This document shows, one piece after another, positions 36,710 through 50,807 of a DNA stretch of 64,000 bases. The stretch comes from Leucoraja erinacea (taxonomy: Eukaryota). The translations under genes were made by a program, and so were the position numbers. The stretch covers positions 21,948,001 through 22,012,000 of the forward strand of contig NC_073379.1 in the NCBI RefSeq assembly GCF_028641065.1, given 5' to 3'. The notes beneath the pieces are model-generated. The model made no database searches. It saw nothing but the letters and a program-made list of their open reading frames with translations, and was not told the origin of the DNA. The number at the start of each line of letters is the position of its first letter. Position 1 is the first letter of the stretch.

Positions 36710-37604
36710 ACTCTCTCCTCCCTCCCTCCCTCTCACACAGGTATGACTGGAGGAACTCCGCGGGCCAGGCAGCATTTACGGAAGGAAATGGACAGGCGAC
36801 CCATTCTTCAGGCTGCCTTATGTCTCTCTCCCCCCCCAACTCCCACCCACACACGCGAATGCTGGAGTCTCCTCCTCTCCCCCTCCTCTCCCTCGACTCC
36901 CCCACTTTTCCCTCCCAACTCCAGTCCCGTCCCAAGTTCGGTCTGTGAAACGCAACACGCCAGCCCCGACAACCAGCCTGGTGGTCAGTGCCTCTCTCTC
37001 TCTCCCTCCCTCCCTCTCACACAGGCTGAGAGACTCTGCCTCTGTGAGTGTACGTCTATTTCTCCCCCTCTCCCACACACAGTAAAGACCGAGGTACTGT
37101 GCTCACTCCATCTGTGTCTCCCACATACACAGTAAAACTCTGCTTTGTGTGTGTATATACCAATTCAACCAAGGGAGGATATTTATAGTGTGTGAAAAAA
37201 AACGTGACATCATTTGTGCCACGTGATGATTTAATTACACTTGACAGTTACAATGTCATTCAAGATTTAACGGGAAAGCTCGGGAGACGGACAAGTCACT
37301 CGCACAAATAACAGAAATGCCGAGTACCGTGGGAACTCTTTGTCTACCCCCCCGTTATATCGTGTGATATCGTGCTAGACCACGACCACTTCACTCTGGC
37401 TACATCTTGCATCAAGTCGCCCCATGAAAAAGGCCTATTAGAATGAGAGGCAGAAGTTCGAAAAGGGAATATGTGTGTGAATATGTGAATCCCAACCTGA
37501 AACGTTGTATGTTTATTCCCTCCACAGTTGATGCCTGACCTGCTGAGTTCGCCAGCACTTGGATTTTGTTTGAAACTAAAATTAATGATGGGTTAGTGTA
37601 TGTC

Positions 37605-39590
37605 GTCAAGTCAAGTCAAGTCAAGTCTATTCGTCACATACACATACGAGATGTGCAATGAAATGAAAGTGGCAATGCCCACGGACTTTGTGCAAAAAGA
37701 CAAACAAACAAACAACCAAACAAACTATAAACACAATCATAACACACATATTCATTTACATATTAAATATTGGAAGGAAAAACGTTCAGTAAAGTTAGTC
37801 CCTGGTGAGATAGGAGTTTACAGTCCGAATGGCCTCTGGGAAGAAACTCCTTCTCAACCTCTCCATTCTCACAGCATGGTAGCGGATGCATTTGCCTGAC
37901 CGTATCAGCTGAAACAGTCCGTTGCATGGGTGGAAGGGGTCTCCCATGATTTTATTGGCTCTGGAGTTGCACCTCCTGATGTATAGTTCATGCAGGGAGG
38001 CGAGTGAAGTTCGGCCGAACGCACTACTCTCTGCAGAGCCTTCTTGTCCTGGGCAGAGCAATTCCCAAACCAGATGGTAATGTTCCTCGACAAGATGCTT
38101 TCCACAGTCGCTGCGTAGAAGCACTGGAGGATCCTCGGAGACACTCTGAATTTCCTCAATTGCCTGAGGTGGTAAAGGTGCTGCCTTGCCTTACTCACGA
38201 GTGCTGAGGCGTGTGATGTCCATGTCATATCCTCGGAGATGTGGACTCCCAGATATTTAAAACAACTCACCCTATCCACAGGATCCCCATTTATCCTCAA
38301 TGGAGTGTACGTCCTCGGATGATGTGCCCTCCTAAAGTCCACGATCAGCTCCTTCATTTTTTTGATGTTCAAGAGGAGGCTGTTATCCTGGCACCAGAGT
38401 ACTAGACCAGCCACCTCCTCCCGGTAGGCCTTCTCATCATTGTCTGAGATCAGGCCCACCACCACAGTGTCATCAGCAAACTTAATTATTGAATTGGAGC
38501 TGAACCTAGCCACACAGTCATGTGTGTACAGGTAGTACAATAGGGGGCTGAGGACGCAACCCTGGGGCGATCCTGTGCTCAGGGTGAGGGACTTCGATGT
38601 ATTCCCTCCCATCTTGACTACCTGGGGACTGGCGGTGAGAAAGTCCAGGACCCAGGCACACAGGGAGGTGTTGAGCCCCAATTCCATTAGCTTCCCGGCC
38701 AGTCTGGTGGGGACTATCGTGTTGAAGGCTGAACTGAAGTCTATGAACAGCATCCTCACGTAGCCCCCCTTCTGGCTGTCAAGATGAGAGAGAGCGGTGT
38801 GTAAAACCTGGGAGACCGCATCGCCCGTGGATCTGTTCGGACGGTATGCGAACTGCAACGGGTCCATGTTGCGAGGGAGGAAGGCGCAGATGTGATTCTT
38901 CACCAGCCGCTCAAAGCATTTCATGACTACCGAGGTAAGGGCCACCGGACGGTAGTCATTCAGACAGGCTGGGGAGGCATTTTTTGGTAGCGGTACAATG
39001 ATGGTTTTTTTGAAGCAGGCAGGGACCACGGACTTGGCCAGGGAGAGGTTGAATATTGTAGTGAGCACTGGAGCTAGCTGCATCGCACAGGACTTGAGTA
39101 CTCGCCCCGAGATGCCATCGGGGCCTGCAGCTTTCCTCGTGTTCACCCGTGTCAGAGCCCTCCTCACGTCGTGCTCGGACAGCGAGAATGTGTGCACATT
39201 CCTCCCTTCAGCTTCGGTAGCCAGCCCGCTGGTGGTATTGTCGATAGTCGGCAGACCTGGAGTGGTGTTGCCCCTCTCGAAACGAGCGTAAAAGGAGTTC
39301 AGGTCATCAGCTAGGGAGGTGCCGGCACTTACGGATGAGGGTGGGTTGCTCCGGTAGTTGGTTACAGTCCGTAGCCCCTGCCACAGGCGTCTGGTGGCCT
39401 GCTGCTCCATCTGTGACTCCATCTTGTCCCTGTACCTCCTTTTAGCGTCCTTCACCGCCCTTCGCAGTCGGTAGGACTCTGCCTTGTAGACGTCCATGTT
39501 TCCTGATGCCAGGCCCGATTTGTAGGCAGCGGTGCGAGCATTCAAGGCCACACGAACGGACCTATCTACCCAGGGTTTTTGGTTTGGTTT
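37605..39590 (-). mobile_element. Rex1/Babar LINE, 5'-truncated, long open RT frame (37905-39590)
   Basis: [64 protein letters not shown]; (CTTGA)n tail at 37605-37625. Confidence 0.9.
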
Positions 39591-40790
39591 GGTTTGGACT
39601 TTCAGAAAGCATTTGATAAGGTCCCACATAGGAGATTATTGGGCAAAATTAGGGCACATGGTATTGGGGATAGAGTGCTGACATGGATAGAGAAGTGGTT
39701 GGCAGACAGGAAACAAAGAGTAGGGATTAACGGGTCCCTTTCAGAATGCAAGGCAGTGACTAATGGGGTACCGCAAGGCTCGTTGCTGGGACCGCAGCTA
39801 TTTACAATATACAGCAATGATTTGGATGAAGGGAATCAAAGTAACATTAGCAAATTTGCAGGTGACACAAAGCTGGGTGGCTGTATGAACTGTGAGGAGG
39901 ATGCTATGAGAATGCAGGGTGACTTGGACAGGTTGGGGGAGTGGGGAGATGCATGGCAGAAGAAGTTTAATGCGGATGCATGTGAGGTTATCCACTTTGG
40001 TAGCAAAAACAGGAAGGCAGATTACTATCTAAATGGCATCAAGTTGGGAAAAGGGGCAGTACAACGGGATCTGGGGGTCCATGAACATCAGTCTATGAAA
40101 GTAAGAATGCAGGTACAGCAGGCAGTGAAGAAAGCGAATGGCATGTTGGCCTTTATAACAAGAGGAATCGAATATAGGAGCAAAGAGGTCCTTCTGCAGT
40201 TGTACAGAGCCCTAGTGAGACCATACCTGGAGTATTATGTGCAGTTTTGGTCCCCTAATCTGAGGAATTACATTCTTGCTATTGAGGGAGTGCAACGTAG
40301 GTTGACAAGGTTAATTCCCGGTCTGGCGGGACTGTCATATGCTGAGAGAATGGAGCGGCTGGGCTTGTACACTCTGGAGTTTAGAAGGATGAGAGTGGAT
40401 CTCATTGAAACATATAAGATTGTTAAGGGTTTGGACACGCTAGAGGCAGGAAACATGGTCCCGATGTTGGGGGAGTCCAGAACCAGTGGCCACAGTTTAA
40501 GATTAAGGAGTAAGCCATTTAGAACGGAGACGAGGAAACACTTTTTCTCACAGGGAGTGGTGACTCTGTGGAATTCTCTGCCTCAGGGGGCGGTGGAGGT
40601 AGGTTCTCTGGATGCTTTCAAGAGAGAGCTAGATAGGGTTTAAAAATAGTGGAGTCAGGGGATATGGGGAGAAGGCAGGAACGGGGTACTGATTGGGGTT
40701 GATCAGCCATGATCACATTGAATGGCGGTGATGGCTCGAAGGGCCGAATGGCCTACTCCTGCACCTATTGTCTATTGTCTATTGTCTACC
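39591..40790 (+). mobile_element. CR1 LINE, 5'-truncated, abutting the Rex1 element head-to-head
   Basis: LDFQKAFDKVPH, GVPQGS.LGP, LVRP.LEY.VQFWSP; (CTATTGT)n tail. Confidence 0.92.
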
Positions 40791-41195
40791 CCCTGACCAT
40801 CGACCACCCACCACCCCCCCCACCAGACACCGCCTCGGCCTCAGTCCACTCACCTGCCTTCCTCCGGCCCCAACCCCCATTCCTGCCGTGTGTTCACCAT
40901 CCCCCCTGACCTCCCCCTCTCAGATACTGAACGGTCTGTCCTCAGCAGAGGCCTCACCTTTGTCCCCTTCCATCCCCACCTCAATGAGTTCCGCGCCCGC
41001 CGTGATTTGGAGCGCTTCTTCCGTCGCCTCCGCCTCACACCCTTCTTCCATGGGAATGAGTCCTCGCCCCCATTGATGATCCCTTTTCCCATCACCAACG
41101 GACCCCCTCCTCTTGGAACCCCTCCTCATGGCCATCTTCCGGCTTTAGACCATTTTATTATAAACTGCCGACGGGACATCAACCGCCTCAACAGT
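40791..41195 (+). mobile_element. Penelope-like element ORF N-terminal fragment
   Basis: VFTIPPDLPLSDTERSVLSRGLTFVP..DLERFFRRLRL. Confidence 0.7.
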
Positions 41196-41439
41196 ATATA
41201 ATACCATGTAATCCTGTGTTCAGGGAAGTGGAGAGAGGACAGCCAAGTGTCCGTGTTGCTGACTTGGCTGGGGCTTGTTTTCCTTGCCATCTCCGTCGGA
41301 CGATAATTGGTAAAGTTTTGAATTGGTCTACCAAACTGCTTTGTGATTTGTCTGTTTATTAAGACGTGAACCTGTTTGTTTAGTTATAAGTTAGCCTTTT
41401 TCAAGCAGATTTGATTCAGATTTGAATCAGGTTTTGCAA

Positions 41440-42325
41440 TATAATTGTCAATAAGGAACAATTCTTTAAGAAATAGTTCCCAACGGGAGGCACATGCGAA
41501 AGCCGCAGAAGCTATTTTGGAAAGTTACAGCGCTATCACTGATGCCCTCAATCATTTGTACTCCGATGTTAATGTGAAGGGTGATACCAGGCTTCAAGCT
41601 AACAATCTTTTGCAGAAAATGGAAGAACTGGAATTTGTGTTTATGCTGCATTTTTGGACAAGTCTGCTAAGTCATTTCCACAAGGTCAACAAAGCCATTC
41701 AGAAATCCAAAAAGTTATTGAGTACTTGTGCAAGTTTGTACAGTTCAGGATTTTGTACGCAAAATTAGAGAAGATTTTGATGAGCTTGAGCAACAAGCAA
41801 AGGCCACCTTGCAAGATGTTAATTCCACAACTGTCACAGGGAGACAAAGAGTAAGGAAGTGGCAAGGAAATGATGGAAGTGCACCTGGTTCTGATGCTTT
41901 AGATAACTCTCTTCAAGAGATAAGTTTAGGAAAAAATCCTTTATCCCTATGCGAGATGCACTTGAAACCAATTTAAAAAGAAGAGATATTGTGTACAGTG
42001 AAGTTGCACAACAGTTTGCTTTCTTGCTAATCTGACCACATTTAAGCAAGAAATTCAGCAAGGTGTTGAACATTTGGTGGAAGCATACCCAGAAGATGTT
42101 GACCTGAAACTTACTGATGAACTTTTGCACTTTCACTCATACGTGAGACAAAGCCATAGGCATACAGAAGAGCACTCTCTCTCATGCAGACCTTTATCAA
42201 ATAATATACAAGGAAACAATTCAGATGGTCTTCCCTAATGTGGAAGCAATCTTGCGGCTGTTTCTTAGCTCAATAGTCACCAACTGCTCGGGAGAGAGGT
42301 CTTTTTCAAGACTCAAAAGAATGTG
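41440..42325 (+). mobile_element. Degenerate hAT transposase fragment
   Basis: ANNLLQKMEELEFVFMLHFW and the C-terminal dimerisation motif VFPNVEAILRLFL..VTNCSGERSFSRLK; frameshifted. Confidence 0.8.
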
Positions 42326-42869
42326 CAGAATCCTGTCCCACCGGCGGTGTATTCCAAAGCGCTTTGCAAACAATGAAGCTCGGTGAAGCACTGTGATTGT
42401 GATGTTGGGGAAAGCAGAAACTGGTGCACAAATAACTTTCCACAAACAGCAATGACCAGGCTAGGAAGAACCGTACCATCCAATCAGTGTTCTTGGTAAG
42501 CAGCAACCTGGCACATGTCACCAGAGGATTTATCCCATACCTCAGTAAAATTCACTGGACAAACTAATCCCACCTAGACACCAGAAATCATGGATTTGTT
42601 TTTGTTTCTAGTTGTGTTTTGCTCTAATGTATCGATTTTGCTTTACAATATTTTGATTGTCTTGCAGAATTTATGTGATTTATGTATCATTTGTTTATGT
42701 GTCTGAGTCTATGTACCTCTCATGCTGCTGCAAGCAAGATTTTCATTGTACCCGTACCTCACTATACCGACGCATATGTGACAATAAACCGCGAGAATAA
42801 AATGTGAAATTCAGACATTTCTAGTGGTGGGGTGACTGTGAAAATCCCTGCAAAGGGAATATTGATCTG

Positions 42870-45240
42870 ATGTGAATGTGTCCTTTAGGACCGGACAATG
42901 TTTCCCCCTCTACTCTCAAGCTCTGTGCCGAACAACTGGCACAGACATTTTTAACCAGTCCCTGCAAACCTGTATTGACCCTGCCTGTTTCAAAGTCTCC
43001 GCTATTGGCCCTGTACCCAAAAAGGCAAGGATTACTGGTCTTAATGACTACAGGCTTGTCGCAGTGACCTCTGTAGTCATGAAGACCCTTGAAAGGGTTG
43101 TGCTGGCCAAGCTGAAAAATATCACAAACCCCCTGCTGGACCCTCTGCAGTTTGCATATCGGGCCAATAGAACAGTGGGTAACACAGTCAGCCTAGGCCT
43201 GCACTTCATCCTCCAGCACCTAGACAGCCTAGATTAATTGTGCCAGAGCTACTACACTCCAAACTTTCCGAGTTGTCTGTGACCTGAACCCCTCTGTCGG
43301 TGGATCACCAGCTTTCTAACAGACAGGAAGCAGCATGTGAGTCTGGGAAAGCACATCTCGGACCCTCAGCAGAGGAGCACGGCAAGGCTGCACATTCTCC
43401 CCTCTCCTCTACTCTCTCTACACCAATAACTGCACCTCCACAGACACCTCTGTCAAGCTTCTCAAGTTTGCGGACAATGTAACCCTGATTGGACTGATCC
43501 AGGATGGGGAGGAATCTGCCTACAGACAGGAAGTGTCACAGCTGGCGTGCTGGTGCCAACGCAACAACGTGGAGCTCAATGCTCTTAAGGCAGTGGAATT
43601 GATTGTAGTCTTTAGGAGAGTTCCCCCTCCCCTCACCCCACTCACCATCAACAATACCACAGTCACATCTGTAGAGTCTTTTAAGTTCCTGGGAACCATC
43701 ATCTCCAACGACCTTAAGTGGGGGGCTACCATCGACTCCACAGTCAAAAAAGCACAACAGAGGATGTATTTCCAACGGCAGCTGAGGAAACACAATGTGC
43801 CACAGGCAATGATGGTCCAATTCTATACGGTGATCGTAGAGTCTGTCCTCACCTTCTCCATCATTGTCTGGTTTGGCTCAGCTACCAAGCACGACAATAC
43901 AATACAATACAATACAATACAATACGGTTTTATACGTCACATTGCTCATAAAGTGCAAGTGAAATGAATTTGCCAGCAGCGGTACAATGATAAAGAACAC
44001 ACAAATACACAATAAAAATGTAACAGAGACATCTACCACAGCATTCATCACTGTGGTGGAAGGCACAAAGATTGTCCAGTCCTCCTCCATTTTCCCATGT
44101 GGTCGGGTCCTCAACCCTCCGCAGCCGTCGCTGTGGGCGTCCAGATGTACAGACAAGATAAAAAGTCCAGGTAAGTCGTGAATCGGTGCAACCCTACCGG
44201 AGACCGCGGCTTCAAGATGGTGTAGACCGCAGGCCGGCGGTCGAAGATTTAAAGTTCCCACCACGCCGCAGCCAGAAGCACCACAGACCGCAGGGCCGGC
44301 GGTCTGGAGTTCCCCTACAGGGTTCCCCGGCTTGGGACCCCGCTCCTGATGGTAAGTAAGTCCACGCTGCGCCCGCGGTAGTAGTTGGCCGCGGGCCCAT
44401 AGTTGGAGCTCTTCTACCCCCGGGTCCCCCACGAGGGATCCCGGGCTGCAGACGCCGCGCCAGCTGGAACTCTGCAGACCGGGGCTTCAGGCTGCTGGCT
44501 GCCACGGACCAGTGAAACGGAGCGCTCCCCCTCAGGCGAGCCCCTGCTCCACTCCGAGCGCCCACGCAGCGCCCACCGCTGAGCCCCGGGCGCGTCTCTG
44601 GGAAAAGCCGCCCGACCTGCGCTGTTTGACCACGGGGGAGGTGACCTGGAAAAAGTCGCCTCTCTGTGGAGGAGGTGACCGAAGCGGTTTCCCCCTTACC
44701 CCTCCGCCCCACACCCCCACGCACCCCAGGAACATTAAAAACATACATTAAAAGATACTAAAAAAACATAAAAAGTTGAAAAAAATCCAGAGGTTGCAGA
44801 GAATCATCCGATCAGTTAAGAAGGTTATTGGCTGCAACCTTCCCTCCATTGACAAACTGTACACTGCAGAGGCTAAGAAGCGAGCGGATAAGATCATCTC
44901 TGACCCCTCTCACCCTGGCCACAAACTCTTTGAATCATGTCCCTCTGCAAGGTGACTCCAGACTGACAAAGCTGCCACAGCCAAACATAAAAACAGCTTT
45001 TTTCCATGACTATTAGCTCTACTCAACAGCCAACAATCGGTAGCCTCCTTCTGCTCTGGTATTTTATTTAATTCACATGTTTGATCAATGAGTTTTATTA
45101 TTAATGTTTAGTATTTTATGTATCATTCATAACTGTCACTGTATGTCATGTTGTCACATGTGGGCGGAGCACAAATTCCTTGTTTGTGAATACTTGTCCA
45201 ATAAACTTATTCAGGCATGCATTCATTCATTCATTCATTA
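42870..45240 (+). mobile_element. Degenerate Rex1/Babar LINE interrupted by a repeat at ~43893-44790
   Basis: [36 protein letters not shown]; (CATT)n tail. Confidence 0.8.
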
Positions 45241-45600
45241 TTCAATCATTCATTCGTTAAGAATTATGCACGGTATCACATATCAAATATTTGGTGATGC
45301 ATTGAGGGATGATGCAGGGTCTTGACCTGAAACGTCAACCATTACTCTGCCTCCACAGATGCAACCTAATGCATTGAGGACCTCCTGCAATTTGTTTTTC
45401 TGCATGTCAAATATATGGTTAAATGAGGTACAACTGTAATTAACAAGAACTTGATTACTATCAGGTATGGTTTCTTACATTTGTGACAAATTTATCCATG
45501 GCATAATCAAAGCTATAAAATTATTAAAAACTTGATAACATATAATTTCATCATCACCCAGCACAAATACATTTTGCAATCCTTTTCATATTTTGCTTCA

Positions 45601-45986
45601 GGTTATAAACAAGGAACAATCTTGCTTCTTACTTCCTGGTCAACTTTCTGAGAATTCTGCAAGCTCTTTCTAATCAAGATAAAAGTGCGGTGTGGACTTG
45701 AAATATTGCTGGCGTACCACCGACAGCAGCCAGAGGGTGAAGCCCTTGTTGCTGCTGTCAGTTCCACTCAGATTCTGCTGGACAAGGACTGTTTGATTGA
45801 AATGCAAAGTGTCAAAATTGACTGCTCCATTTGAAGCTGTATGACAATTCTTGCAAAGTCTCTTGCGCCCTTTTACACTCTATGTTAAATGTAAAATTCA
45901 GAAAACTACAGAAAACTGCAGGAGTCTCGGTTCTACTCGTCCAGTGGATAGACTTACGGCATTTGAAAGCTCAACGAGAGAAGAAA
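45601..45986 (+). promoter_or_regulatory. Putative proximal promoter/5'UTR of gene B with ETS (ACTTCCTGG 45631-45639) and GAS (TTCTGAGAA 45646-45654)
   Basis: Conserved with the gene A upstream block and, more distally, with the orphan at 34560. Confidence 0.5.
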
Positions 45987-46035
45987 ATGCTGTTCATTTT
46001 GATTTGTGCCTTTGCACTGCCTGTCACCGCTAATC
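45987..46035 (+). CDS. siglec15-like: Gene B exon 1: signal peptide MLFILICAFALPVTAN
   Basis: ATG, hydrophobic core, phase-1 donor C|GTAAGT; paralogous to 1342-1390. Confidence 0.8.
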
Positions 46036-47609
46036 GTAAGTATCCTTTAATAAGGAGCAGAAGATGCTTTTCTGGCTGTTTCACTGTGAGTGAAATGATT
46101 AACTGTATGAGATAGACGTGTGTCCGTGGAAACAGAGCAGGATCAGTCTTTTGATGCTGTACTTAAGGTGACAGGCAGTCTTCCAGAAAGGGAATATGTA
46201 TGTGTGTGAAGACCTTTAATACAAACATTTTACAATACAGTAAATGATCAGTTTGAGATTATAAGGCTGGAGTCAGAGCAGCTGGGGAGATTGTGTTTAG
46301 TTGTCGACCCCACACTTCTGGATGAAGATATTAGCCCTTGAGAGGGGGTGAAGGGCGTTGTGTCCTTGGCATAGTTTAAAAGTGAAGATGATGAGAAATA
46401 TCTTCACTGAGAGTAATGCACCTATAGAATTATCGAATTGAAAGTAGTTCAAGCCAAGCCACCTCTTGTCTTCAGCAAGGAGCTGAATATATTCCCAGGC
46501 TAAAGAAATCAAGGGGAATGGGGACAAAGTTCAATTCTGTATTGATTAGCAATTAAGAGCCATAATCATATTGACTGTTGACCAGGCTTGAACAGCCGAA
46601 TGGCTTCCTGTGTTGCTCTGAATGTCTTTGCGCTCATTGTTGATTCTGATCCTAATCAAATTGGTTTTGGTTTATTATTGTCACATGTACTGAGGTACAG
46701 TGAACACCTGCACCTGGGATAATACCTTTCTCAAAATAACATCTCATATGCGAAGAATGAATCCCCAATCTTCCAATATACCTTGTTGTGGCCACAAACA
46801 TTTTTAATAAACGACACTTCCTCTGTAGGTGCAATGCTATATTCTTTACTCTATTTGTTTTCTCTAATGCACTAAGTGATGTAATCATGAATGGTACGAT
46901 TTAGCCGGATAACACACAAAATAATTTTTCGCCTATCTCAGTATACATGAAAATAATAAACCAATACTAATTTTCCTCAATCAGTATTACCGGCCCATCT
47001 AAAATGTCCCTTCCCTCTCCATTATCAACACCTTGTAGCCAGAACCATTAAATGTCTGGTTCTGCCCCAACTCTGCATCATTTTTCCATATAGATATTTC
47101 TACCTATCAATAACCAGGCTCACTCACATATTTACTATTTTCGTACTATCTGCCACTCCCAATCTTGGTGCACCTTTTTTCTCTTTTCTCTTGCCACACA
47201 CTAGTAATAGATACTGATCCATTACTTTGTCTGTTCGGCTCAAACTCTTCTTCGTGCACCAATAAATCTCCCTACTACGACACTGTCCCAGTGTGGCTGA
47301 GGTGCAACCCATTGATCTTGGAGAGGTCTTTCCTGCTGCAGAACTGGTCCAATGCCCCTAGAATTTAGAGCAGAAACGAGAAAGTCACGAAAATTAGTGC
47401 AGTAATTAAAATGTCCTGAGCATTGGAGCAGTAACCAGAATTCTCGTGGATTAGCACAGCAACTAGAATATCACAAGAATTGAGCAGTAATTCAGCTCAA
47501 AAATTAATCCATGGCTCCCCAGCCCCAGTTTCTACCACTGACCGAAAAACACTGAGGGCAACTTAGAGTAGTCTGTTAATTAACGATGCGCATCAATTTG
47601 AGAAGGAGA

Positions 47610-49890
47610 AGGTTAAAGTGTCAGTGATGCAGTTGAACAAAGGGGACTATGAAGGCATGGGAGAGGAGCAGGCCAAGGTAGACTGTAAAGGGATCCTAGC
47701 AGAAATGACGATGGAACAGGAATGGCAGGAATTTCTGGGCATAATCCGGAAGATGCAGGATCATTTCATTCCAAAAAGGAAGAAAGATTCTAAGGGGAGT
47801 AGGAGGCAACCGTGGGTGACAAGAGAAGTTAGGGATAGAATAAAACTAAACAAAAAGATGTATAACACAGCAAAGCGTAGTCGGAAGCCAGAGGATTGGG
47901 AAACCTTCATAGGACAACAGAAGGAAACAAAATGGGCAATACGGGCTGAAAAGATGAAGTACAAGGGGCAGCTGGCCAGGAATATAAGGAAGGACAGTAA
48001 AAGCTTCTTTAGATATGTTATGGGAAAAAGAGTAGCAAAGTCAAATGTGGGTCCCTTGAATGCAGACATGGGTAAAATTATAATGGGGACAAGGAAATGG
48101 CAGAAAGGTTGGTACTTCGGATCTGTCTTCACTAAGGAAGACACAAACAATCTCCCAGATGTACTGGAGGACAGAGGATCTAAGGGGGTAAAGGAACTGA
48201 AAGAACATTTTATTAGGTTAGAAATAGTATTGGGTAGGCTAATGGGACTGAAGGATGATAAATCCCCTGGGCCTGATGGTCTGCATCCCAGGGTCCTCAG
48301 GGAGGTGGCTCTAAAAATAGTGGACGCATTGGTGATCATTTTCCAATGTTCAATAGATTCAGGATCAGTTCCTGTGGATTGGAGGATTGCTAATGTTATC
48401 CCGTTTTTCAAGAAATGAGCGAGAGAGAAAACGGGGATTGCAGACCAGTTAGCCTGACTTCGGTGGTGGGAAAGATGCTGGAGTCAATTGTTAAAGAGGT
48501 AATAATAGGGCATTTGGATGGCAGTAAAAGGATTAATCCAAGTCAACATGGATTTATGAAAGGGAAATATTGCTTGACTAATCTTCTGGAATTTTTTGAG
48601 GATGTGACAAGTAAAATGGATAAAGGGGAGCCAGTAGATGCAGTGTATCTAGACTTTTAGATAGCCTTAGATAAGGTCCCGCATGGGAGACTGGTGACTA
48701 AAATTAGAGCACATGGTATTGGGGGTAGGGTGTTGATATGAATAGAAAATTGGTTGGCAAACAGGAAGCAAAGAGTATGAGTGAACGGGACCTTTTCAGA
48801 ATGGCAGGCAATGGTGAGTGGAGTGCCGCAAGGCTTGGTGTTGGGGCCGCAACTATTTACCACATATATTAATGATTGGGAAGAGGGAATTAGGAGCTAC
48901 ACTAGCAGGTTTGCGGATGACACAAAGCTGGGGGGCAGTGTGAACTGTGAAGAGGATGTTAGGAGGTTGCAGGGTGACCTGGACAGGTTGAGTGATTGGG
49001 CAGATGAGTGGCAGATGCAGCGTAATATAGATAAATGTGAGGTTATCCACTTTGGCGGCAAAAACAAGGGGGCAGATTATTATCTCAATGGGGTTAGGTT
49101 ATGTAAGGGGGAGGTGCAGCAAGACCTGGACGGCCTTGTACACCAGTCACTGAAAGTTGGCTTACAGGTACAGCAGGCAGTGAAGAAAGCTAATGGAATG
49201 TTAGGCTTCATAACAAGAGGATTTCAGTATCGGAGTAAAGAGGTTCTTCTGCAGTTGTATAGGGCCCTGGTAAGACCACATCTGCAGTATTGTGTACAGT
49301 TTTGGTCTCCTAATTTGAGGAAGGACGTTCTTGTGATTGAGGCAGTGCAGCGTAGGTTCACGAGATTGATCCCTGGGATGGTGGGACTGTCATATGAGGA
49401 TAGATTGAAAAGACTAGGCTGGAGTTTAGAAGGATGAGGGGGATCTTATAGAAACATATAAAATTATAAAAGGACTGAACAAGCTAGATGCAGGAAAATT
49501 GTTCCCAATGTTGGGCGAGTCCAGAACCAGGGGCCACAGTCTTAGAATAAAGGGGAGGCCATTTAAGGTCTGAGGTGAGAAAAAATCTTTTCACCCAAAG
49601 AGTTGTGAATTTGTGGAATTCCCTGCCACAGAGGGCAGTGGAGGCCAAATTACTGGATGGATTTAAGAGAGAATTAGATAGAGCTCAAGAGAGTCAAGAG
49701 TCAATTTAATTGTCATTTGGACCCCTAGAGGTCTCCAGGGGCTAGTGGAGTGAAGGGATATGGGGAGAAGGCTGGCACGGGTTATTGATTGGGGACGATC
49801 AGCCACGATCACAATGAATGGCGGTGCTGGCTTGAAGGGCCAAATGGCCTCCTCCTGCACCAATTTTCTATGTCTCTATGTTTCTATATT
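47610..49890 (+). mobile_element. CR1 LINE ORF2 fragment in gene B intron 1
   Basis: KSPGPDGLHPRVLREVA, RPVSLTSVVGKMLE, QHGFMKGK, FADDTKL; stops and frameshifts; short-repeat tail. Confidence 0.92.
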
Positions 49891-50426
49891 TGAGATGTGG
49901 GAAACAAACTAAGAAAGAGAAACCCATGCAGTAATAGATGGAAAGTGCAAACTGTACACAGCATCTGAGGTCAGGATTAAACTCTGAGTCCCTAGAGTTG
50001 TGAGTTAGCAGCTCCACTAGCTGCTCCACTGTGCCAGCTGTGTATATCCTCGATTAGTGGTCAGGTACTGCCTTAGTGGGTTCTTGCTGTGCCAACACTT
50101 CAAACCTGTGAAGCTCTGTGGACCACCCCCTGTCTGTGAGGGAAGTGATGTAAATGCAAGGTCTCTCCCGGACAGCAGCTTATAACTGTGAGAGATGTGG
50201 CTCCTGTGAAGAGCCAGCACAGCCCGGAGGAGGGGAACCACTGTTAGTGTCACAGTCCCACCTCCCCATTTCTCACAGCTCACCACATGGTGACGGTGAC
50301 AAACAGCACAGCAGCATCACAGTTCAACTGTCTTCCACAAGGGCAGGGACCCAGGGTGGGCGCAGCCTCCTACAGTGACTGTGGCCCTCAGCTCAGTCTT
50401 AACGTTACATCTCTGTGTCTTCACAG

Positions 50427-50807
50427 GCTTCAGTATCAATGGTTGGACCATGGAGATACCGGACAAGGTGATGGGGAGGGAGGGGAAGCTCGTGGTTCTG
50501 TACTGCAAGTTTGCTCACCCTAACCATCAATACAAAGACAACATCACCATCATCTGGAGAGAGGAGAAGACCCAGAATATCTTTTTCAAATACACAAATT
50601 ATCCATCAAGCAACAATTATAAAAATGAGATTGTGGATAATGTAGGAGCTCGCTACAGACCAATGGGGGACCCTCGGAAGAACGATGCTTCCATAATCAT
50701 TAATCAGCTGGGAACGACGGATACAAACAAGATCCTCAACTGTCGTGTTGAGCTCACGGGAGAAGCAGGAAAGTTTGGAAGGTCACATGGGCGAATCACA
50801 ATATCAG
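50427..50807 (+). CDS. siglec15-like: Gene B exon V1: Siglec-15-like V-set with the essential Arg (NCRVE)
   Basis: Same splice sites as gene A V1; 381 nt open frame WTMEIPDKV..YCKFAHP..GDPRKNDAS..CRVELTG. Confidence 0.9.

Larger units (their letters stand above)
34975..37437. mobile_element. PIF/Harbinger-like non-autonomous element with nested repeats
   Basis: TIR tttttcatggggcgacttgaYgcaaga at both ends and TTA target duplication (34972-34974, 37438-37440); the flanks rejoin to match 46150-46200. Confidence 0.75.

Noticed and set aside
35809-36775. Poly-Pro, poly-Gly and (ER)n ORFs
   Set aside because: Translations of poly-C and (CT)n tracts.
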